This document shows, in pieces, positions 22,927 through 34,524 of a stretch of 64,000 nt of DNA. A program made the position numbers and the translations under genes. The stretch spans positions 4,898,001-4,962,000 of the forward strand of contig CM102285.1 of assembly GCA_046563655.1 (NCBI GenBank). Reading direction: 5' to 3'. Within the stretch, counting starts at the first letter, position 1; each line of letters begins with the position of its first letter. The notes under the pieces are model-generated. The model had not been told where the DNA came from and did no database searches. It saw only the letters and a list, made by a program, of their open reading frames with translations. Origin of the DNA: Yuukianura sp. NJ FZ-2021 (Eukaryota).

Positions 22927-24693
22927 TATGGGGGGAGATTTGCTGATAAACAACAGGATTTTTTCCGCAACAGGAATACCAAAAAACGGGCAATTCCTGT
23001 TGCAGAAAGTCCTGTTGCGTCAAATCGTCACAGGCAATTTCTGTTGCGAAAAATCCTGGTAGCTAATTCCTGTCGCGAAAAATGCTGACAGTGAATTTCT
23101 GTTGCGAAAAATCCTGACAGCCATTTTCTGTTGCGAAAAATCCTGACAGTCATTTTCTGTCGCGAAAAATCCTGACAGCCATTTTCTGTTGCGAAAAATC
23201 TTGGTAACTAATTCCTGTCGCGAAAAATCCTGACAGTCATTTTCTGTTGCGAAAAATCCTGGTAACTAATTCCTGTCGCGAAAAGTGCTGACGTCTAATT
23301 TCTGTTGCGAAAAATGCCGACAGTTAATTCCATGTAGAAAATCCTGGTCCTCACTTTCTGTTGCAAAAAAAAAAATTTGAGATGTGTTTTTGACACCAGG
23401 AATCGAGACGTGTTTTTACATCCAGGAATATTGCTCCGCTTTACCAAGAGATGGCGCGAGCTGCACCAAATTTAATTCTACTTGATTTATCCTTTTCATT
23501 CTCATCTCACTCAATCAGTAGAGCTACGCATGCACAGTAGTATCAAACTACAAAGCGGGTAGCGCTACCCTTTTCGTCATCGTTTAACATTATAATTAAT
23601 TGAGAAAATAGCAATGGCAAAGGTCAAGAGCATCTTTCGGAAGTGAAAATGTCAAAGTTAGGTTATGTGTACTGCACTTCACTTGAATTCTTACCTGCTT
23701 GTCTAACTCACAGAGATAGAGGAGAGACTTTTAGCAGTTTCTCAAAAATACAAATTCTGAAAACCAGAAACGATTTTTAATAATGAAAATTAATTTTTCG
23801 CACTTCGATTCTTTGTTGGCGAACGCAAAAAAAATTATCCCGCACTTGGGATTGAACTCATGCTGAGCCAAGCCGGCCTTCTTGGAGGCAGTCGCTCTCT
23901 CCACTCCACCAAATCAAAGATTAACTGTCTAACGAGGAAAATAAATTCACTAATGAGCAGCAACTTTTCGTTTCGACATTTTCAATTCCGAAAGATACGT
24001 TTGACGTTTGCCATTGCTATTTTCTCAATTAATTATAATGTTAAACAATGACGAAAAGGGTAGCGCTACCCGCTTTGTAGTTTGATACTACTGTGCATGC
24101 GTAGCTCTACTGATTGAGATGAGAATGAAAAGGATAAATCAAGTAGAATTAAATTTGGTGCAGCTCGCGCCATCTCTTGGTAAAGCGGAGCAATATTCCT
24201 GGATGTAAAAACACGTCTCGATTCCTGGTGTCAAAAACACATCTCAAATTTTTTTTGCAACAGAAAGTGAGGACCAGGATTTTCTACATGGAATTAACTG
24301 TCGGCATTTTTCGCAACAGAAATTAGACGTCAGCACTTTTCGCGACAGGAATTAGTTACCAGGATTTTTCGCAACAGAAAATGACTGTCAGGATTTTTCG
24401 CGACAGGAATTAGTTACCAGGATTTTTCGCAACAGAAAATGACTGTCAGGATTTTTCGCGACAGAAAATGACTGTCAGGATTTTTCGCAACAGAAAATGG
24501 CTGTCAGGATTTTTCGCAACAGAAATTCACTGTCAGCATTTTTCGCGACAGGAATTAGCTACCAGGATTTTTCGCAACAGAAATTGCCTGTGACGATTTG
24601 ACGCAACAGGACTTTCTGCAACAGGAATTGCCCGTTTTTTGGTATTCCTGTTGCGGAAAAAATCCTGTTGTTTATCAGCAAAACTCCCCCATA
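22927..24693. mobile_element. Foldback element with ~730-bp modular TIRs
   Basis: Arms 22927-~23656 and ~23971-24693 are near-identical in reverse. Each holds ~12 copies of a ~29-bp unit (TTCTGTTGCGAAAAATCCTGACAG..). TAAGGC is duplicated at 22921-22926 and 24694-24699. Confidence 0.93.
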
Positions 24694-25424
24694 TAAGGCA
24701 ACCACTGTATATTTGGGTATGTTATGGAAACTAGATTATGCTAGGTTAACCTTACCATTCCTGTAAATGAAACAATGTCATTCAGTCATCACTGGGTGAC
24801 CCTCAGCCAATACACTGATCTCCCAGGAATTATTGATCAAGTTTTTGTCCTTTTTCATGAAAGGCTTCGCGTCGAACTTTGTTTCAACTCTGCTTCTGCT
24901 TAAATAGAACTTAAGTTTAACTTAAACTTATCCGGCTACGTGGATTGTACAATGTTTATTCACTCAACCATATCTCTTTCACTTTTTTTAGAAGTGATTA
25001 TGAAAAGAAACTGAACAATGTTCGGTATGTTGTGTGTTATGATTTCTATCTGTTCTCCTCCCTCCCGTCCCGTCCGTAAATTCGAGCTAAGGCAACTAAT
25101 CCGCTGAAAATTCAGAAAACTCACGTCCCACCGTCCGCGCCAGGTCCACAGAGTCAATTGTTTGTACTGCATCTGCAACTATTAAATTTTTTTTCCAAGA
25201 GATTTTGTGATATAGAGTTGAAGATTAGCTTCAAAACAGTATACCAATTTAATTCCGTTTTTGTCCTAACTTCCAAAAACAATTAATTAAATTTATTTCA
25301 GATATTTCAGATATTTTATTTCAGACGGAGTCTCGTGTACTTGATTGCCGTATTGAACAGCCGTACCAACTTCGTCCCTCCCTACCATTAGAAGAAAAAT
25401 CGGTTTTTACGTCTAGCATGAAAA

Positions 25425-27201
25425 ATGAACAAGCAAGAACCCGACGTAGTCGTGCAAGAAGTGAGTTATATAAGTAGTTAGCTAGGCAGTTCTAATTAAT
25501 CTTAAGTTATGCTTATTCTGGTTTGAGATGACTTTCCGTTATGTTTTGCTAGTATGTGAGTGTATTGCGGTGTACGCAGTGTAAACCTTTGAGTCGAGTC
25601 AACACTCTACGAGTATTTCACAACTTTCTATTTACATTCCAGTTTATTTCTTTTCTGTTTTTTTATCTGAATAGGTTCCTGTGTTTCTGTCTAACACATT
25701 AAATGGCCAGTTGTGCTTACTCCAGTACCCACTGACCCCTTGCCAGATTCCATTTCAAGATGAGCTATCTATCATGCAGGTAAATGCGACTTTTGGCATC
25801 CTGGAATTTTCAGGTCATTTCTTCATCAAAACTCTATACGATACTACTGCTCTATTAATCTACAACTATTTTTCGTATAATTGTTTGCAGGTTCAAATTA
25901 AGCCACGTGAAAACAAAATTCAGTTAAAAGTAGAGCTGGATACTGGGCGTCGATACGACAAAGCAAAAGGAGAATTCTACCAAAACGCAGCGATTGGCAA
26001 AACACTGGGGCCTGATACAAATTCGTAATACTCGTTAAAATTAGGAATAAGAATCAGGATACTACTTTCTTATCCAACCCGCTGTTTAGCTAACCCAAGT
26101 AATTACCCAGGAAGGATGGCGCAGATCTTCTAATCGAGCGGTCTCTGGTATCGGCTCCTGTCCCAGTCAAGTCGAGATCACCCAGATATGTCATCGGGCT
26201 CATACGAGATGGTCGCCTCCATCTTACTCCATTGCTATCTACGGTGAAAATGGAAAACAAGTGCTGGTACTTGACCTCAAGTGATAGAATCACTAATTCT
26301 GCTAAAGGTAATTCACCTCACCATGAGTTTAAATGGGAAATGCTACATCAAAAATCGTGTACAAGAATATAAAGAACTGCAAATTAGTAGTGTGCTATTA
26401 GAACAAACTCAATTACCAATGACCAACCAACTTTCCCTCTTCCGTCCTGGCATTCCTTCCTTTGTGACCCTCTACCAGCAAATATCTCAAACCTCACTCA
26501 ACTAAGAATGAAAATACGGAAGGGAAACATAAATCTAAAACCTAAGCTACTACTTTTTTGCTTCGTTTGAGTAAAAACAGTTAGCTTTTTTAAAAGGATG
26601 TCGGAACTGGGAGCTCAGCTTTATAGATGACGGCACCCGTTAAGAACTAATAAGCCGCTGTCGCAACTGTAAAAACTGAATCCTTGCAAAATTGCATTTT
26701 AAATGAACAATAGGAATAGCGCAGTTAAAAAAGCATAATCGCTGTTTTACTTAAATATATTATCGAAACCATTGTTTTCTGATTAACTGGTCAACTTCTT
26801 TTTTTTTTTTATTTTAAGAGATCGACGGAGGTGGAGACGACGACGAGGTTGCCGATGTAGAATCAACCAAAATTACGCTTAGGTTCAAACAGACGCGTGG
26901 AGCGAATCGTGAAGATGGCTTAGTTAAGGCTAAGAATCCATACTGCAGTTACAGTCAAGCTAAAGCGAACGAGGCACTGGAACCCTGGACAGAGCTGGAA
27001 TACTTTCATCGAAAAGAAAATGAGGAGCATCTTAAGCTTCAATCAAATGTCGACGAAAGTCAGATCCCATTTCTTGTGATGGACAAGACGGAATACTTGC
27101 GAGAACTGTTTCCAATGTATGTTGAAACTCAAGTGCAGGGAACACAGAGTCTGTTTAATACTCCAAAACCTAGCGGCAAAATTACAGGAAAGAATACTTA
27201 G
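25425..27201 (+). CDS. POLR3E: RNA polymerase III subunit RPC5 (Sin/C37) homologue, 284 aa
   Basis: Exons 25425-25460, 25675-25779, 25891-26024, 26111-26307 and 26819-27201 (855 nt, in frame). PDVVVQEVPVFLS..LCLLQYP, IKPRENKIQLKVELDT..YDKAKGE, RYVIGLIRDGRLHLTPL, ITLRF and EPWTEL match Sin_N motifs. Confidence 0.88.
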
Positions 27202-28083
27202 GAGTAAGTCTTTCTGAAACCGGTAAATTTTGAAAAAAAATTGACCATCGATATTTTTGATTTTTTTGAAACTTGGCATGTTTGAAGGTACTACTAAACG
27301 GGAATTTTTGGCTATCTTGATTTTGACCTTTGACCTTCAAGATGGCGGCCAGGTCATGTCAAAGTCGGAAAAAAGGGTTTTTTTGAACTAGGATAACTCC
27401 GGAACGAAACCACATATCGACATGGGGTCAACGGCAAATTGAATCCCATTAAATTCCCCAGATGCATTTTTCTTGCGGTGTCCCTAGGTGCCCTTGACCC
27501 TTGAGGTCAAGGGTCAGCCCTTATGACAACCCTTGGCAAGTAGTACCTCATTGGAAAGCTCTCGTCAAGCTGATTCGGAATATATATAGGTGTTTATGCT
27601 TTCGAGTTACCCCTTGACCTACAGAGGTCATGATATGCGTCCCAGGGTCAAAAAATCACTCCTTGACCTCTGTAGGTCAAGGGGTAACTCGAAAGCATAA
27701 ACACCTATATATATTCCGAATCAGCTTGACGAGAGCTTTCCAATGAGGTACTACTTGCCAAGGGTTGTCATAAGGGCTGACCCTTGACCTCAAGGGTCAA
27801 GGGCACCTAGGGACACCGCAAGAAAAATGGATCTGGGGAATTTAATGGGATTCAATTTGCCGTTGACCCCATGTCGATATGTGGTTTCGTTCCGGAGTTA
27901 TCCTAGTCCAAAGGAACCATTTTTACCAACTTTGCCCTGACCTGGCCGCCATCTTGAAGGTCAAAGGTCAAAATCAAGATAGCCAAAAATTCTCCTTTGG
28001 TGGTAACTTCATCCATGCCAAGTTTCAGCCAGATTAAAAAATACGCTGGTTTTGACATTTACCGGTTTCAGAAAGACTTACTC
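27202..28083. mobile_element. Almost fully palindromic non-autonomous DNA transposon (Sola-like termini)
   Basis: GAGTAAGTCTTTCTGAAACCGGTAAA ... TTTACCGGTTTCAGAAAGACTTACTC with a TTAG 4-bp TSD (27198-27201, 28084-28087). Arms ~430 bp with a ~30-bp loop. Confidence 0.92.
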
Positions 28084-28283
28084 TTAGTGAACAAATTACC
28101 AACTATTACTTCCAGTGCTTCTGCCTTCTATTGTTTACTCGATTATTTGGAGGAAAGTAAAACAGACTTTAAATTGAATACCCCTGCTCGCACAGATTAT
28201 GGCGTGTGTCTATGGTTTATCTAATTTATTTACATTTGACGGTTTTCCTAGTTTTGCTTTTCAATCGGGTTGAACGTGGCCTA

Positions 28284-29420
28284 TTATCCTACGACGACGG
28301 TAGAATCGTTAGGGAAGGAGTATGGGGGCACTTCGAGGTTCAAAGGTGCGGGGCCCTTCCGAATGCGTCCAGAGGAGTCATAATGTGACCCATGACAAGG
28401 GCAGTAGTATCCATTGTAGTCGCCTGAGAATAAAATTCATATTAGTCGACTCGTTCGCAGTTAATCCTAAACTGGAACAATATTCCAATGGAACAAATGT
28501 GAGTATTAAAATTACCACTATTTGCGATTGGAACACAACCCAAATGGGTGCAGACACCGAGAACAATTAGCCACTCCGGATTTTGACATCGATCCGAATC
28601 TGCCTGCGGGTCTCGCAATGATGATACGTCGACTTTAGCTTCTGCTTCAATTTCATCGGCAGTTCTTTTGTCAAAATGGATCAGATTTCAATGTAAGATG
28701 TAAAATTCAACATATCGATATTGTAAGGGTGTACCTGTGTCGAATGAACAATGGTTTTCCTCTCCATTTAAACGTAACGTTCTTCCCTTCCGGGATATCT
28801 CCCAACTTGACTTCAATCGATGCCAGGGCCAAGACATCTGCACTGGCACCCACACTGGCCACCAATTTATGCACCACAGACTTGCCAACATACGCACCGG
28901 CGACGGCCCCAGCTGTAAAGGAGAAAAAGCAATGTCGGAACTTTGGCTACATATTAAAGTTATTTCTCCTATATCTGGCAAGAGTTTCGATTTAGATGAC
29001 GATCTTTCACAGAGACATTCACCACGCATTGGCATTATATTTTTTTTTTTGTTTCATCAACTTACAACCAACAATAAGATAGCTAAAGGCAGTCCTTGCA
29101 GGAGCAGTTTCTCGACTCTGTGCTTTAGAATCCTTCGTCGAGTTCCGGCGGTAGTCGGAAAAATCCGGGACACGAATATCCGTGTGGACGAAGCGGACTT
29201 GAACAGATTTCAAAATTCCAGTGGTAGCTCTTACGTCGCCCGAAGTTGGTACTCGGGTTCGAAATGTGCCAGCTGTTTTCACCGGCGGTGACTGCAGAGC
29301 CGTTAATGGTTTGGGCAATGTCGCACATTCCGAAACTGTCGGTTTCAGCGTATTGATGATAACCGTAGTGTTCTTCATGTACGGCCCCATATTTCCACCT
29401 CGAGCTACGACACTCAACAT
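28284..29420 (-). CDS. UQCRFS1: Cytochrome b-c1 complex Rieske iron-sulfur subunit, mitochondrial
   Basis: Exons 29420-29066, 28912-28735, 28664-28516 and 28423-28284. [63 protein letters not shown]. Confidence 0.98.
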
Positions 29421-30534
29421 AGTTGTAAACTGTTACCCAGATTTAAATTCGTGACCTGGTTAATAACTACAATTTGTAGCCTACAAATACGAATCGAACT
29501 TTATTCAATTTTCTTACAGGCAGAAACTCCTGTCTGCCGTCGTACTATGGATTTGGAGTGCTAAGCCTAAAATAGTCCATTGCGGAATTACTTGAATAGG
29601 AGAGAAGTGCGTTACTAATCCACAGACATAGCGGATAAACAGACGCAGGTTTAGAATGTGGTTACCGACTGTAACCACTTGTAACTTACAGGCCACTGTT
29701 AATGAAGAAAACAATGCGGAATTCGAGGATGAGCATTATAAACTAAACTCCTTCAAAACCAGCCAAAACATGTTAGTATTTATAATGTTTGCAACAAAAA
29801 GAAACGAAAAACAGTTTCTACTATTGATAATCTATTTTCATTGTAATGTATGTTGATTTTTTTTATTTCGAATTTTTAAATTTTTTCGTGAGTCAAGCAG
29901 TCTGCGCCCCCTAGGAACTAATTGGAAGTCATGGCCCACGCCACACAGAATTAATTTTGTTTGCAAACTTAATCGTTTATCAGTTGCAGTCACTAATTTT
30001 GTCCCAGTTTTCAAAATTTTCAAAATACACAGATAAGCTCAAAAGTAATTATTGTCACTAAGTTATTTTAAGAATATTGTGGCCTCCGAAAAATAAATTC
30101 TTTTCTAACTGGGACCGAAGTAGTGGGTGCAACCCGCTTCTACCTTCGTCAATGAATCCGTTTTCACGTCGTTTAACATTAATTTTGAAACTTTCGTCTC
30201 AAAAAGTCTCGACTGACTATCAACCATTTAGATGAAAAAATACACTTCTGGGTGCAATATCGCTGCCGACGTCCGTTGTTTGTACAATCGCTCATCGTAT
30301 ACCAGGCAGATAAATAGCAGGGGTTGCCAGATTCAGAGGTGGCAAAAAAATTTTTATCAATACTTTAAATGTTTTCAATTTTTGGGGGTTTTTGGTTAAT
30401 ATCAAATATATAATTTTTGATCAATATTTAGTTCAATATTTTTGCACTGTTTTGTAAATTATTCCACAACATCATAAATTCAAGTAAAACTCATTACAGA
30501 TGAGTTTAAATGTCACAAAAATTGATGAATCGCC

Positions 30535-33500
30535 TATATCGAATAATTTTGGCCAGCCACTCTAGTGGTGGATGAAATATTTCAGCAATGTCCAAGATCT
30601 CGGATGTATGTACGTACACGGGAATGCTAAACCGTTGAGGCTGTTCTGACCAAGACTCAATTTGAAAAAAGGAAATTCAGTAGCGCTTATATCGAATATT
30701 TCTGTCCAGCCACTCTAGTGGTGGATGAGATATTTCAGCCATGTCCAAGATATTGGATGTATGTACAAGGGAATGCTCAGGTTGTTCTGACTATGACTCA
30801 ATTTGAAAGAAAAATATTCAGTGGCGCTTATATCGAATAATTCTGGCCAGCCACTCTAGTGGTGGATGAGATATTTCAGCCATGTCCAAGATATCGAATG
30901 TATGTACAAGGGAATGCTCAGGTTATTCTGAATATAACTCAATTTGAAAGAAAAATATTAGTGGCGCTTATATCGAATATTTCTGTCCAGCCACTCTAGT
31001 GGCGGATAAGATATTTCAGCGATGTCCAAGATATTGGATGTATGTACATGGGAATGCTCAGGTTATTCTGAATATAACTCAATTTGAAAGAAAAATATTA
31101 GTAGCGCTTATATCGAATATTTCTGTCCAGCGACTCTAGTGGCGGATAAGATATTTCAGCGATGTCCAAGATATTGGATGTATGTACAAGGGAATACTCA
31201 GGTTATTCTGAATATAACTCAATTTCAAAGAAAAGTATTCAGTGGCGCTTATATCGAATATTTCTGTCCAGCCACTCTAGTGGCGGATAAGATATTTCAG
31301 CCATGTCCAAGATATTGGATGTATGTACAAGGGAATGCTCAGGTTGTTCTGAATATGACTCAATTTGAAAGAAAAATATTCAGTGTCGCTTATATCGAAT
31401 ATTTCTGTCCAGCGACTCTAGTGGCGGATGAGATATTTCAGCGATGTTTCAGATATTGGATGTATGTACAAGGGAATGCTCAGGATGTTCTGACTATGAC
31501 TCAATTTGAAAGAAAAGTATTCAGTGGCGCATATATCGAATATTTCTGTCTAGCCACTCTAGTGGTGGATGAGACATTTTAGCGATGTCCAAGATATTGG
31601 ATGTATGTACAAGGGAATGCTCAGGTTGTTCTGAATATGACTCAATTTGAAAGAAAAATATTCAGTGTCGCTTATATCGAATAATTCTGGCCATCCACTC
31701 TAGTGGTGGATGAGATGTTTCAGCCATGTCCAAGATATTGGATGTATGTACAAGGGAATGCTCAGGTTGTTCTGAATATGACTCAATTTGAAAGAAAAAT
31801 ATTCAGTGTCGCTTGTATCGAATATTTCTGTCCAGCGACTCTAGTGGCGGATAAGATATTTCAGCGATGTCCAAGATATTGGATGTATGTACAAGGGAAT
31901 GCTCAGGTTGTTGTGACTATGACTCAATTTGAAAGAAAAGTATTCAGTGGCGCTTATATCGAATATTTCTGTCCAGCCACTCTAGTGGCGGATAAGATGT
32001 TTCAGCCATGTCCAAGATATTGGATGTATGTACAAGGGAATGCTCAGGTTGTTCTGAATATGACTCAATTTGAAAGAAAAATATTCAGTGTCGCTTGTAT
32101 CGAATAATTCTGGCCAGCCACTCTAGTGGTGGATGAGATATTTCAGCGATGTCCAAGATATTGGATGTATGTACAAGGCAATGCTTAAGTGGTTCTTAGT
32201 AAGACTCAGTTTGAAATAAGAATATTCTGTAGCGCTTATATCAAATACTTCGGCCCGCAATTCTGGTGGCGGATGAGATGTTTGAGCCATGTCCAAGATA
32301 TTACATATATGTACAAGAGAATGCTTAGGTTGTTCTGACTATGACTCAATTTGAAAGAAAAATATCCAGTGGCGCTTATATCGAATATTTCTGTGCAGTC
32401 GCTCTAGTGGCGGATGAGATATTTCAGCCATGTCCAAGATTTTGGATGTATGTACAAGAGAATGCTTAGGTTGTTCTGACTATGACTCAATTTGAAAGAA
32501 AAATATCCAGTGGCGCTTATATCGAATAATTCTGGCCAGCCACTCTAGTGGTGGATGAGATATTTCAGCGATGTCCAAGATATTGGATGTATGTACAAGG
32601 GAATGCTCAGGTTGTTCTGAATATGACTCAACTTGAAAGAAAAATATTCAGTGTCGCTTGTATCGAATAATTCTGGCCAGCCACTCTAGTGGTGGATGAG
32701 ATATTTCAGCGATGTCCAAGATATTGGATGTATGTACAAGGGAATGCTCAGGTTGTTCTGACTAGGACTCAATTTGAAAGAAAAATATTCAGTGGCGCTT
32801 ATATCGAATATTTCCGTCCAGCCACTCTAGTGGCGGATAAGATGTTTCAGCCATGTCCAAGATATTGGATGTATGTACAAGGGAATGCTCAGGTTGTTCT
32901 GAATATGACTCAATTTGAAAGAAAAATATTCAGTGTCGCTTGTATCGAATAATTCTGGCCAGCCACTCTAGTGGTGGATGAGATATTTCAGCGATGTCCA
33001 AGATATTGGATGTATGTACAAGGCAATGCTTAAGTGGTTCTTAGTAAGACTCAGTTTGAAATAAGAATATTCTGTAGCGCTTATATCAAATAATTCGGCC
33101 CGCAATTCTGGTGGCGGATGAGATGTTTGAGCCATGTCCAAGATATTACATATATGTACAAGAGAATGCTTAGGTTGTTCTGACTATGACTCAATTTGAA
33201 AGAAAAATATCCAGTGGCGCTTATATCGAATATTTCTGTGCAGCCGCTCTAGTGGCGGATGAGATATTTCAGCCATGTCCAAGATTTTGGATGTATGTAC
33301 AAGGGAATGGTCAGGTTGTTCTGAATATGACTCAATTTGAAAGAAAAGTATTCAGTGGCGCTTATATCGAATAATTCTGGCCAGCCACTCTAGTGGTGGA
33401 TGAGATATTTCAGCGATGTCCAAGATATTGGATGTATGTACAAGGGAATGCTCAGGTTGTTCTGAATATGACTCAACTTGAAAGAAAAATATTCAGTGTC

Positions 33501-34524
33501 GCTTGTATCGAATAATTCTGGCCAGCCACTCTAGTGGTGGATGAGATATTTCAGCGATGTCCAAGATATTGGATGTATGTACAAGGGAATGCTCAGGTTG
33601 TTCTGACTAGGACTCAATTTGAAAGAAAAATATTCAGTGGCGCTTATATCGAATATTTCCGTCCAGCCACTCTAGTGGCGGATAAGATATTTCAGCGATG
33701 TCCAAGATATTGGATGTATGTACAAGGGAATGCTCAGGTTGTTGTGACTATGACTCAATTTGAAAGAAAAGTATTCAGTGGCGCTTATATCGAATATTTC
33801 TGTCCAGCCACTCTAGTGGCGGATAAGATGTTTCAGCCATGTCCAAGATATTGGATGTATGTACAAGGGAATGCTCAGGTTGTTCTGAATATGACTCAAT
33901 TTGAAAGAAAAATATTCAGTGTCGCTTGTATCGAATAATTCTGGCCAGCCACTCTAGTGGTGGATGAGATATTTCAGCGATGTCCAAGATATTGGATGTA
34001 TGTACAAGGCAATGCTTAAGTGGTTCTTAGTAAGACTCAGTTTGAAATAAGAATATTCTGTAGCGCTTATATCAAATAATTCGGCCCGCAATTCTGGTGG
34101 CGGATGAGATGTTTGAGCCATGTCCAAGATATTACATATATGTACAAGAGAATGCTTAGGTTGTTCTGACTATGACTCAATTTGAAAGAAAAATATCCAG
34201 TGGCGCTTATATCGAATATTTCTGTGCAGCCGCTCTAGTGGCGGATGAGATATTTCAGCCATGTCCAAGATTTTGGATGTATGTACAAGAGAATGCTTAG
34301 GTTGTTCTGACTATGACTCAATTTGAAAGAAAAATATCCAGTGGCGCTTATATCGAATAATTCTGGCCAGCCACTCTAGTGGTGGATGAGATATTTCAGC
34401 GATGTCCAAGATATTGGATGTATGTACAAGGGAATGCTCAGGTTGTTCTGAATATGACTCAACTTGAAAGAAAAATATTCAGTGTCGCTTGTATCGAATA
34501 ATTATGGCCAGCCACTCTAGTGGT
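30535..34524 (+). repeat. 141-bp satellite array, left part (~28 units)
   Basis: Unit CTCTAGTGGTGGATGAGATATTTCAGCGATGTCCAAGATATTGGATGTATGTACAAGGGAATGCTCAGG...; 47-aa periodicity in the ORF track. Confidence 0.97.

Noticed and set aside
24735..24900. Possible minus-strand exon with AG/GT ends
   Set aside because: It contains a stop in the best frame and has no recognisable product; it may be non-coding.
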